NCBI GenBank assembly: GCA_965197645.1
Contig: OZ240219.1
Coordinates: 960,001-1,024,000 of the forward strand
Direction: 5' to 3'
Source of the DNA: Dehalococcoidia bacterium
Lineage (GTDB): Bacteria > Chloroflexota > Dehalococcoidia > Plut-88900
DNA: 64,000 nt
In this document: positions 29,298 through 37,307 of the stretch, in pieces
How the letters are laid out: every line of letters begins with the position of its first letter
Position numbering within the stretch: the stretch's first letter is position 1
Translations under genes and position numbers: made by a program
The notes under the pieces: generated by a model
Database searches by the model: none
What the model saw: the letters and a program-made list of their open reading frames with translations, nothing else
What the model was told of the DNA's origin: nothing

Positions 29298-30134
29298 TTA
29301 GGCGTACTGGGCTATTTCGGCGAGGACTTCCTCGTTCATGCGAAAGCTCTCCTTCTCGGTGGGGAAGGAGGCCGACCTCACCTCTCGCACGTACTGGGCC
29401 ACGGCCGCCGAGGTCAGGTCGCCGAGGCTGGCGTACCTCTTGGCATGCTTGGGGCTGAAGCCCGAGAACATGCCCAGCATGTCGTGGATCACCTGTACCT
29501 GTCCGTCGCATCCTACACCGGCTCCGATCCCAATGGTCGGCACCGAAAGCCTGTTAGTTATCAGCTCCGCCAATGACGCCGGCACCGATTCCAGCACGAT
29601 GGAGAACACCCCCGCATCTTCCAGGGCCTTGGCGTCCCTCAACAGCTGGGCGGCCTTCTCGGGGGTCTTGCCCTGGCACCGGTACCCACCCAGCTGGTTC
29701 ACCGATTGCGGGGTCAGCCCGATGTGGCCCATGACCGGTATCCCGTTATCGACGATGTGCTCGACGACGTCGGCGACCACCTCACCCCCCTCCAGCTTGA
29801 CGGTCTGAGCCCCACCTTCCTGCAATAGTCGAGCTGCGTTGTTCAGCGCTTCGGTCTTGCCTGTGCGATAGCTCATGAACGGCATGTCACCCACGATGAG
29901 GGAGCTCTTGGCGCCCCGGGCCACAGCCTTGATGTGGTGCAACATGTCCTCCATGGTTACGAACACGGTGGACTCGTAGCCCAGGACCACCATGCCCAGG
30001 CTGTCCCCCACCAGAATCATCGGCACGCCCAGTTCGTCCAGGGTCCTGGCTGTGCCGTAATCGTAGGCGGTGAGCATGGGAATCTTCTCGCCGGTGCGCT
30101 TCATCTTCATCACGTCGGCTACGGTTACTCTCAT
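29298..30134 (-). CDS. panB: 3-methyl-2-oxobutanoate hydroxymethyltransferase
   Basis: MLTAYD, ILVGDSLG, DMPFMSY, KLEGG, GHIGLTPQ, GIGAG..CDGQV. Confidence 0.97.
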   Translation of the reverse strand: MRVTVADVMKMKRTGEKIPMLTAYDYGTARTLDELGVPMILVGDSLGMVVLGYESTVFVTMEDMLHHIKAVARGAKSSLIVGDMPFMSYRTGKTEALNNAARLLQEGGAQTVKLEGGEVVADVVEHIVDNGIPVMGHIGLTPQSVNQLGGYRCQGKTPEKAAQLLRDAKALEDAGVFSIVLESVPASLAELITNRLSVPTIGIGAGVGCDGQVQVIHDMLGMFSGFSPKHAKRYASLGDLTSAAVAQYVREVRSASFPTEKESFRMNEEVLAEIAQYA

Positions 30135-30175
30135 CTGCTCCCTCCTCTAGCGCTGTACCCGTCCTGAAACATTCC

Positions 30176-31138
30176 TCACTGAAGCTCGTTTACCGAAGGT
30201 ATGCCAGCCAGCCCCGCCGCCCGGGTCACTCCTCTTACTATCGCTTCGCCGACCACCAACGCGGCCAACGAGCCGACCGCCGTGGTGTCTCGAAACGGCT
30301 CTCCTCGACCGGTGGACAGGGCAAAGACGATGTCTCCGTCGTACATGGTGTGGGAGGGCCGCACCGCTCTAGCCATCCCATCGTGGGCCATCTGCGCAAC
30401 CTTGTTGGCCTGCTCCTTGTTTAGCGGGGCATCGGTAGCTACGATGGCGAGGGTCGTGTTTTGAGCGAAGGTGGCGGCCTGTTGCACTCCACCCGTCGCG
30501 GCCTCCACAGAATCGAGATAGCGGCCGTCCTCACTTCGCGGGCCTGCCACCAATTGCCCGGTCTCCGGGTCTACGACCGAGCCCCAGGCATTGACCGCCG
30601 CCAATGCTCCTACCACGTGTCCTTCGCCCAGCCGGCGGCTCGCCGAGCCCACCCCACCCTTGACCGCTCGCTGCATACCCAACGCCTTGCCGACCGTCGC
30701 CCCGGTCCCCGCTCCTACGCTGCCCTCCTCGACGGCGGAATCGGTCGCTTGGACACAGGCCTGGTGGCCCTCGCTGGGGCCGGGTCTAACGTCGGGCCTG
30801 CCCAGACCCAAGTCGAACAGGATGGCTGCCGGCACTATCGGCACAACGCCCACCTGCACGTCGAAACCGACGTTCCGTTCCTCCAGGTATCTCATGACCC
30901 CACCGGCCGCATCCAGTCCATAGGCGCTTCCACCGCTCAGCAACACCCCGTGGACCCTCTCCACCAGGTTTCCTGTCTTGAGGAGGTCCGTCTCCCGGGT
31001 CCCGGGCGCCGAGCCGCGCACATCCACCCCTCCAACGGCGCCTCCTTCGCACAGCAGGACGGTGCAACCGGTTACACCTTCAGTATCGGTGTAGTGGCCC
31101 ACCTTTATGCCCGGTACGTCGGTGATGCAGCCGTTCAC
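30176..31138 (-). CDS. peptidase S58/P1 (DmpA/NylC-like) Ntn-type hydrolase
   Basis: ITDVPGIKVGH, DVRGSAPGTRETD, GGSAYGL, G.VGAGTGA, N|TT autoproteolysis site, H.MYDGD. GTG start at 31138. Confidence 0.9.
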   Translation of the reverse strand: MNGCITDVPGIKVGHYTDTEGVTGCTVLLCEGGAVGGVDVRGSAPGTRETDLLKTGNLVERVHGVLLSGGSAYGLDAAGGVMRYLEERNVGFDVQVGVVPIVPAAILFDLGLGRPDVRPGPSEGHQACVQATDSAVEEGSVGAGTGATVGKALGMQRAVKGGVGSASRRLGEGHVVGALAAVNAWGSVVDPETGQLVAGPRSEDGRYLDSVEAATGGVQQAATFAQNTTLAIVATDAPLNKEQANKVAQMAHDGMARAVRPSHTMYDGDIVFALSTGRGEPFRDTTAVGSLAALVVGEAIVRGVTRAAGLAGIPSVNELQ

Positions 31139-31141
31139 GAC

Positions 31142-31230
31142 AAAAATAAAGCCTCCGCAGCCCGACCGCGAAGGCTTGAGACTCGATCTATGTTGCGTCC
31201 GGGTCATCGGAGGATCCCGGCGCTCTGACG
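31142..31230 (-). ncRNA. pan RNA motif-like leader followed by an intrinsic terminator
   Basis: Minus strand GCGCCGGGATCCTCCGATGACCCGGACGCAACATAGATCGAGTCTC, then hairpin AAGCCTTCGCGG..CTGCGGAGGCTT-TATTTTT. Lies upstream of the peptidase-panB-panC operon. Confidence 0.65.
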
Positions 31231-31395
31231 ACTATTAGTGACTAGACGGCTCACCGCCGCTCGCGGTCGATGGCGCATCTCAACGATATAGCAGCCCATG
31301 GTATTTTGCAAGGGCATGTATGCCGAACGTCTTGTACCCCGGTCTTTCCTTACTTATAATTTCAGAGCGTAGTTGCCTTCGGAGACGACGACACC

Positions 31396-31785
31396 ATGGC
31401 GAGCCAACCACTGACCCCGAACGAGATAAAGGACCGGGCCGACGAGGCGATTCAGGAGAACGTGGACCGGTTGCGAGAGCTGCTGGTCGCCGCCGCCGGT
31501 CAGCTGGACCCTTTCCCCCAGTTCTTCGGCAGCGTGGACGTGCAGGCCGTGGAGGTAGATCCACCCACCGGCTCGGGGCCCGACCGGGGATGCGTAGTCA
31601 TCTGCCCCGACGGAGAGCTCTACGAGCTAACGGTCAACTTTGGCGCCCATCCCCTTGCGGGTATCGGTGGGTTGGAAAGGGAGGAGAAGGTCAAGAAGCT
31701 GGACCTGCCTCCCGTCGAGTACATAGCTTACGCCCACAATGCCGTCTCCGAGCTCACCAAGCTCCTCTCCCGCCTGCACCGCTAG
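31396..31785 (+). CDS. hypothetical protein
   Basis: 129 aa ORF with typical codon usage and GGAG RBS. Contains GCVVICPDGELYEL. Confidence 0.75.
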   Translation: MASQPLTPNEIKDRADEAIQENVDRLRELLVAAAGQLDPFPQFFGSVDVQAVEVDPPTGSGPDRGCVVICPDGELYELTVNFGAHPLAGIGGLEREEKVKKLDLPPVEYIAYAHNAVSELTKLLSRLHR

Positions 31786-31791
31786 TCAGTC

Positions 31792-31951
31792 GCCCCTTCG
31801 GTTGGTTCAGGGCAGGCTCTCAGGCTCCTGGCAAAGAGGATTCCTCGATGGACTGGTAATGCCCTGACTAGGGGGCAGCCTCAGACTCTCTGCCTCGCCA
31901 GCTGGCAGGTCGGACAGGCAGGCCGGGGGGTCTGGGGGATGTTCCCCCTGG
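31792..31951. repeat. REP/MITE-derived short repeat fragments
   Basis: 31792-31840 matches 23897-23945. 31925-31951 is the reverse complement of MITE core GGGGGAACATCCCCCAG(A/G)CCCCCC. Confidence 0.6.
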
Positions 31952-32013
31952 CGGCATCTCGTGGCTGCCTATGCTAAACTGGACTGAACCCTCAAATCTT
32001 CGGTAGGCCCGAA

Positions 32014-32793
32014 ATCAGCTTCAAGATACTGGTAACCAACGACGATGGAATAGCCGCGCCCGGCCTTCGGATTCTGGCCGAAAGCTTGACCGAAGTCGGA
32101 GACGTGGTGGTCGTGGCACCGGACCGGGAGCAGAGCGGGGTAGGCGCCTCGGTGACACTGCATCACCCCCTGAGGGTCGCCTCTTCGCCACCCGTGATGA
32201 ACGGGATCGAGGCCTATGCCGTCGAGGGGACCCCCGGTGACAGTGTGATCCTGGCCACCTCTACCCTGGTGAAGAAACCGGTGGACCTGCTGGTGAGTGG
32301 GATCAATCCCGGCGCTAACTTGGGGAACGACGTGTTCGTTTCGGGTACGGTGGGAGCGGCCTTCCACGGCTACTTTCGAGGTATTCCGTCCATCGCCGTA
32401 TCCATTACCGCACTGGACGATCTTCGATACGAGGCTGCAGCCAAGCTGGCGAGGCTGCTGGCGATTCGGGTGAGAAACGGCGCCCTACCGAAGGAGCTGT
32501 TGTTGAACGTGAACCTGCCCAACGAGCCGATAGAAAAGCTAAAGGGCGTGAAGGTTACCCGCTCAGGTAATACCAGCTACACCGAGTTCCTCAAGGAGGG
32601 GTACGACGCTCGCAGGAAGTACTACTGGCTGGAACCGGGTGACCGCACCTGGAAGATGGAAGAAGGCACGGATATCTGGGCCGTGCAGAACGATTACGTC
32701 TCCATCACTCCCCTTCGCAACGATGTTACGGCGCACCCACAGATGCCCTATCTGGAGGAGCTTCACCAGCTGCTGGAGGAGGTCTCCGATTGA
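32014..32793 (+). CDS. surE: 5'/3'-nucleotidase SurE (start codon non-canonical or damaged)
   Basis: In-frame KILVTNDDGI.APG upstream of the ORF-track start, VVAPDREQSG, GTPGD, SGIN.G.NLG, SGTVGAA. Confidence 0.92.
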   Translation: MSFKILVTNDDGIAAPGLRILAESLTEVGDVVVVAPDREQSGVGASVTLHHPLRVASSPPVMNGIEAYAVEGTPGDSVILATSTLVKKPVDLLVSGINPGANLGNDVFVSGTVGAAFHGYFRGIPSIAVSITALDDLRYEAAAKLARLLAIRVRNGALPKELLLNVNLPNEPIEKLKGVKVTRSGNTSYTEFLKEGYDARRKYYWLEPGDRTWKMEEGTDIWAVQNDYVSITPLRNDVTAHPQMPYLEELHQLLEEVSD

Positions 32794-33275
32794 ACAGCGA
32801 AATACAAGAGTACTCTGACCTTCTCAACATACTGATTTCGAAGACGAGGAAGCACGTCGAAGGCGCTACCACCGAGGCGCTGAACTGGAGACCTCCGGCG
32901 GAGGGCGCCAACTCCGTGGCGGTGATATCGGTGCACATGTGCGGCGTAGTCCGTGGGTGGACCCTGAAGGGAATGACGGGGGACAAGCGAGAGCGGGACC
33001 GTCCCAGCGAGTTTCTCGCAGTGGCGGATGACGAGGGCTACGTGGAGTTCTGGGGCAGACGGGTAAGGCTGCTTTCGTTGATCGACGATACCCTGGCTGA
33101 TGTCAACCGGGTCTTGGGCGGAATGTCGCTCGAGGACCTGGATGAGACCTTCGTAGCGCACAACGGCGAGACCACCAACAGGCGTTACGCCATTGTGCAT
33201 ACCATCGATGAGTTGGCCCAGCACGTCGGCCACCTGGAGCTTACCTTGCAGATGTGGGCCTCCCGACAGGCGTGA
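32790..33275 (+). CDS. DinB/DUF664 family protein
   Basis: LNWRP...NS.AV...H, R.R.SEF, H..DE.AQHVGH. Confidence 0.85.
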   Translation: MNSEIQEYSDLLNILISKTRKHVEGATTEALNWRPPAEGANSVAVISVHMCGVVRGWTLKGMTGDKRERDRPSEFLAVADDEGYVEFWGRRVRLLSLIDDTLADVNRVLGGMSLEDLDETFVAHNGETTNRRYAIVHTIDELAQHVGHLELTLQMWASRQA

Positions 33276-33297
33276 GCATCGCCCATCGTGGACTGGT

Positions 33298-33326
33298 TTG
33301 ACAGGGCAAACCCCCTGTGATAATTT
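33298..33326 (+). promoter_or_regulatory. tRNA cluster promoter
   Basis: TTGACA followed by TGTGATAATTT (-10 region). Confidence 0.65.
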
Positions 33327-33355
33327 GCAACTTAGGGAGGGAACCATCTTCGATC

Positions 33356-33430
33356 GCCAACGTAGCTCAGCGGCAGAGCGGGGTCTTCATAAGGCCTAGG
33401 TCGTAGGTTCGAATCCTACCGTTGGCACCA
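33356..33430 (+). tRNA. tRNA-Met(CAT), elongator type (Ile2 not excluded)
   Basis: GCCAACG/CGTTGGC acceptor stem, TTCATAA anticodon loop, GTTCGAATC T-arm, encoded CCA. Confidence 0.9.
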
Positions 33431-33450
33431 CTATCGGTGGGTACAGACTA

Positions 33451-33518
33451 CGAGGTGGGCACAGGGACGAAGCCCCTTTGCGAGAGCCTCAGAGCCTGCC
33501 GAAGGGGTGTTCCTCAGA
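33451..33518 (-). repeat. short palindromic repeat (same family as 23887-23967)
   Basis: Minus strand TCTGAGGAACACCCCTTCGGCAGGCTC...GCAAAGGGGCTTCGTCCCTGTGC. Confidence 0.55.
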
Positions 33519-33589
33519 TACAAACTCAACGGAGAGGCGAGGTAGAAGAGGCACAGGCCACGATATCAGAGTAATGTACAGTCCCTCCG

Positions 33590-33666
33590 GGGCGGTTAGC
33601 TCAGTTGGTGAGAGCGCGCGCCTCACACGCGCGAGGTCGCAGGTTCAAGTCCTGCACCGCCCACCA
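33590..33666 (+). tRNA. tRNA-Val(CAC)
   Basis: GGGCGGT/ACCGCCC acceptor, CGCGC-CT-CAC-AC-GCGCG, GTTCAAGTC, CCA. Confidence 0.96.
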
Positions 33667-33701
33667 TTGACAATGGAGCATTAGCAGAGACATTAGATAG
33701 C

Positions 33702-33788
33702 GCCGAAGTGGCGGAACGGCAGACGCGCTACGTTCAGGGCGTAGTGCCCCTTGCGGGCGTGTGGGTTCAAATCCCACCTTCGGCACCA
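33702..33788 (+). tRNA. tRNA-Leu(CAG)
   Basis: GCCGAAG/CTTCGGC acceptor, CTACG-TT-CAG-GG-CGTAG, long variable arm, CCA. Confidence 0.96.
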
Positions 33789-33862
33789 GCTCGAAAAAAG
33801 CATAGACGCTTCTGAAAATCACAAGATAGAGACAGTATCAAAGCAGTCATCGATTTCTTTAC

Positions 33863-33939
33863 GCGCTTGTAGCTCAGATGGATAGAGCGCGGCCCTGCGG
33901 AGGCCGAGGTCGTGGGTTCGAGCCCCGCCAAGCGCGCCA
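33863..33939 (+). tRNA. tRNA-Arg(GCG)
   Basis: GCGCTTG/CAAGCGC acceptor, CGGCC-CT-GCG-GA-GGCCG, CCA. Confidence 0.95.
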
Positions 33940-33957
33940 CCTTGACAAACGGACTCC

Positions 33958-34035
33958 GGGCGGTTAGCTCAGTTGGTTTAGAGCGCCTGCTTTACACGCA
34001 GGAAGTCGGGGGTTCGAGTCCCTCACCGCCCACCA
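33958..34035 (+). tRNA. tRNA-Val(TAC)
   Basis: GGGCGGT/ACCGCCC acceptor, CCTGC-TT-TAC-AC-GCAGG, CCA. Confidence 0.96.
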
Positions 34036-34344
34036 GCCTTAGTTATGCGGGCTCCACGGCTTCATGGGTTGATTCCTGACGGTTCGGCCCACTTTGCCTT
34101 TCGACCAGCCATTCGTTCGATCACAGAGATGATGAAGAATGAGTGACCATCAAGTAGAGCGCCTCGCCAAGCTCATCGGTCTCCAGAAGGTTTCGTCAAC
34201 TAGAGGAAATATGACAGCCAGTTTGATTGCCAGTACCGGGTGGCCCTGCGGGCTGCGTGGAAATGGCAAGGGATACTGGCTCTTCGCCACCGCGGGCGGG
34301 CATATCATCTTCATCCAATAGTCGCTATTTCGAAAGGGGGGTTC

Positions 34345-35382
34345 ATGCAACTCCGCAAACTATCCAACGGGCTGAAGGCCGCGTACCGTGGGTCGGACGT
34401 CGCCAGTCGTGTGCAACACTTCGATGGATGGACCGACAGAGCGCTCGCGCGGGATGTCGGCGCGACAGGCTACGATCACACCGAAACCGTCAAGGAATAC
34501 TACGACCTTTGCGGCGAGTTCATGGTGTTCGGCTGGGGCGAATCTCTGCACTTCGCCCCGCTATCGCCTCAGGAGAGCTTGGAGGAGTCCAAGACCCGGC
34601 ATCAGCGACTGATGATCGCCAAGCTGGAGTTGCGCGAGGGCATGAGGGTGGTAGATATCGGGTGCGGGATCGGCGGGCCGATGCGGCGTGTCGTCCGGGA
34701 CGCCGGTGTGAGGGTCGTAGGGGTCAACAGCAATGAAATCCAGCTGGACAAGGCGAAATCGTTGAACGCCGAGGCGGGGCTCGACCACATGGTCGACTAC
34801 CTCGCGTGCAGCTTCATGGACATGGGTGCCATCGCGGACGGCACGTTCGACCGGGGCTACGCGATCGAATCGACGTGTCACGCGCCGGATAAGGCTGGCG
34901 CGTTCGCCGAGATTTACCGCGTGCTGAAACCCGGAGCCCTTTTCTGGTGTCAGGAAATGTGCATGACGGACAAGTTCGATTCCAACTACAATCGGCACCG
35001 GGCAATCAAGCAGGACCTGATGCGCGGCATCGCGCTCCAGGATATCGCAAGGATGGGAGAGGTGAACCGGGCGCTCGAAACGGCCGGATTTCAGCTCATC
35101 GAGGGAATGAACCGGGCGGTCGGGGAGAACGGTCCGACCACGCCGTGGTATCGGCCCATGGAGACCCGGCGCAGAACGCTGGCCAATAGCCTGCACAGGG
35201 TGCCGATGGGCCGCAAGGCGTTCATCTGGGCATCCAAGCTGGCCGAGGTGTTCAGGGTGTTCCCGAAGGGCTCCGCGGACGTCGTTAGGCTGATGGACCA
35301 GACTGCCAACGCCTTGGTCGCGGGCGGCAGGGCCGGGATCTTCACGCCGTTGTACTGTTGCCTGGCTCGCAAACCGCTCTGA
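34345..35382 (+). CDS. sterol 24-C-methyltransferase (SMT/Erg6-like) homolog
   Basis: YYD...F..FGWGESLHFA (region I), VDIGCGIGGP (II), IESTCHAP (III), EIYRVLKPG (IV), C-terminal PWY.P...P.G.....L..GG..GIFTP.Y...ARKP sterol-MT tail. Confidence 0.85.
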   Translation: MQLRKLSNGLKAAYRGSDVASRVQHFDGWTDRALARDVGATGYDHTETVKEYYDLCGEFMVFGWGESLHFAPLSPQESLEESKTRHQRLMIAKLELREGMRVVDIGCGIGGPMRRVVRDAGVRVVGVNSNEIQLDKAKSLNAEAGLDHMVDYLACSFMDMGAIADGTFDRGYAIESTCHAPDKAGAFAEIYRVLKPGALFWCQEMCMTDKFDSNYNRHRAIKQDLMRGIALQDIARMGEVNRALETAGFQLIEGMNRAVGENGPTTPWYRPMETRRRTLANSLHRVPMGRKAFIWASKLAEVFRVFPKGSADVVRLMDQTANALVAGGRAGIFTPLYCCLARKPL

Positions 35383-35579
35383 CAGGCTGCGGAAGAGAGG
35401 GTTTTCCCGGTGACCAGACCCGTCTTCTCGAATGCGCAACGGCAAATATTGAGGCCGGACTGCATCTCCCCGCTGGTTAAAGGAAGTGCGCCCGCCACGC
35501 TTGAGAGATTACTTGCGCCTATTTAGGGTGGCGTGTCCATTTCCTTACATTTGGACTTCCAACCGAAAAGTTCGCAATT

Positions 35580-35722
35580 GAGCTTGTCTCAAAAGTACGG
35601 ACGTCTTAATCCCAACCACCCGCCCTCGGAAGGTTTTGTAGCTGGGGGAACATCCCCCAGGCCCCTTGCCAGAGGGAAGTTTCCCTCTGGACTCCCTCAA
35701 AGCAGGGTTCTGAGACAGGCTC
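35580..35722. mobile_element. 143-bp MITE-like element, copy 2
   Basis: GAGCTTGTCTCAAAA...TTCTGAGACAGGCTC flanked by AATT on both sides. A few mismatches to copy 1. Confidence 0.88.
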
Positions 35723-36147
35723 AATTCGGTGCGCCCCGGCCCACCAGTTCATGCATACACCGGCATCGTCGGTCATGCCCGCATATCAATCGTGCACAGG
35801 TGCTCTCTCTATAGCCGGCAATTTCCAGAAAAGGCGAGAGTGACTGCCTCGCTACCACCGGTGAACCGGGAGAGGGTAAGGTAATCTCCTAAGGATGCAG
35901 CAGAGTCGGCCAGTCACCTCTTCCCATCCCCGCGATCCCTTGCCGATTAGCGGAAATTCCTGGTGGTTGATGAAGCCGGACAGGGGACGGCACTGTTCCA
36001 GAGAGAGTCGTTGCATCCCGGACGCACAGGCCAGCCTGTGCCGGATGAGCACAACTCCTAGCGGCTCAAAAAGAGGAACACATTGAGCCGGGTCTTTATT
36101 CTAGGAGCCGACTACCTCCAATGCTTGAGAAGCACGGTTGACAGGGT

Positions 36148-36642
36148 CTAGAGGCAGTCTGCGTCGGCGAGGATTTCTCGGGTAGCGGGAGACAGCTCAT
36201 CCTCAGTACGGTTAACTTCTTCCTCTAATGCCGCCAGCTCGTCCTCCATCTCCGCTATTTCGTCTTCGAGTTCCGCCATTTTGCTCATCAACTCTAGTAA
36301 CTTAGCCTCGTCTTCTGCGTCGGATTTTTCAAAGTCCTGCATCAGGTCCACGAGTCCCGTGTCTTCCAGAGCGTCTAGTGTTGTTTGAAGGGACCTGACT
36401 CTAACCTCGTGGAATTCCTCTAACTCCTCCGGTGGGTTCCACCCCTTTATCTCGGCGAGAGCGTCCTCCGCGGCGTCGAATCCAGCAGAGAATTCTTCAT
36501 CCGAGATTTCCAAGGCCTCCATGCGGGTACCTAGTGTTTGACAGGCGTCTGCATATTCCTCGACAGTCATTCTAGGGGCCCCTCCACACGCGACCATTGT
36601 TGTAACAAACACCAGCGCCAAAGCGATCAAAACTTTGGACAT
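36148..36642 (-). CDS. acidic helical lipoprotein of unknown function
   Basis: Signal MSKVLIALALVFVTTMVAC lipobox, PPEELEEFH motif, very acidic coiled coil. Confidence 0.75.
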   Translation of the reverse strand: MSKVLIALALVFVTTMVACGGAPRMTVEEYADACQTLGTRMEALEISDEEFSAGFDAAEDALAEIKGWNPPEELEEFHEVRVRSLQTTLDALEDTGLVDLMQDFEKSDAEDEAKLLELMSKMAELEDEIAEMEDELAALEEEVNRTEDELSPATREILADADCL

Positions 36643-37033
36643 GGTTGTCTCCTTCTCCACGGGACTTGGGTAAGGCTTGAGAGAAGCATCCAGAACGACT
36701 AGAACGGCGAGGCTATACTACACTGATGTAATAGTAGTGTGAACCAACGGTGATAATCATCCCCTCTACCGCATGACTTACTGTGATTGCTTGGTGTCCG
36801 CTCAGATAGGCAGCAAGTCCGCAGGGGCCTACCCAGCGCGGCCCACCCTCTTCCTGATATCGGGGCTTCCTCTGCGAAAAAGTCGCCAATCGGTGCGCCT
36901 TGGCCAACCATGCGACCCCAGTGTTCGGTCTCGTCCGGGGTTCAAGCGTAACAATCAGGTGCTTCCCATGACCCGGACTGTGACGATGTCCACGCCGTGA
37001 AACTTTTGGTGACGCACTGCGGAAGCAAGGACT

Positions 37034-37115
37034 TGAAGGCGTCGGAGATGTACTTAAGGAAGATGAGACCGAGGACGACATGCTTGTACTCGGCGGCGTC
37101 CAAGCACCCCCGCAT
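37034..37115 (-). pseudogene. hsdM: remnant of a type I R-M HsdM N-terminal domain
   Basis: [27 protein letters not shown] is a characteristic HsdM N-terminal segment. Flanking sequence is non-homologous. Confidence 0.8.
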
Positions 37116-37307
37116 GGGAGGTTCCGAACGACCATCTCGCCGTTCACACTGGAAGGAGGACGCCGAAACACGACGGCTCCGACGACCGCACGGTTGGCGT
37201 CGCGAGCCACGGCGGGGAGCAGAGTGAGAAGGGCCAACGGACGGAAGCCATCGAGAGACCAGGGGGCGGAATGGCAAGTCTAGCGATGAACCGTTCTAGG
37301 GACGGCT

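Noticed and set aside
34036-34340. Possible integrase N-terminus or att site after tRNA-Val
   Set aside because: No tyrosine or serine recombinase motifs, and no duplicated tRNA 3' end found in the window
35820-36100. Possible riboswitch (e.g. cobalamin) or small gene in the long intergenic region
   Set aside because: No B12-box or other recognisable consensus, and translations show no family signal
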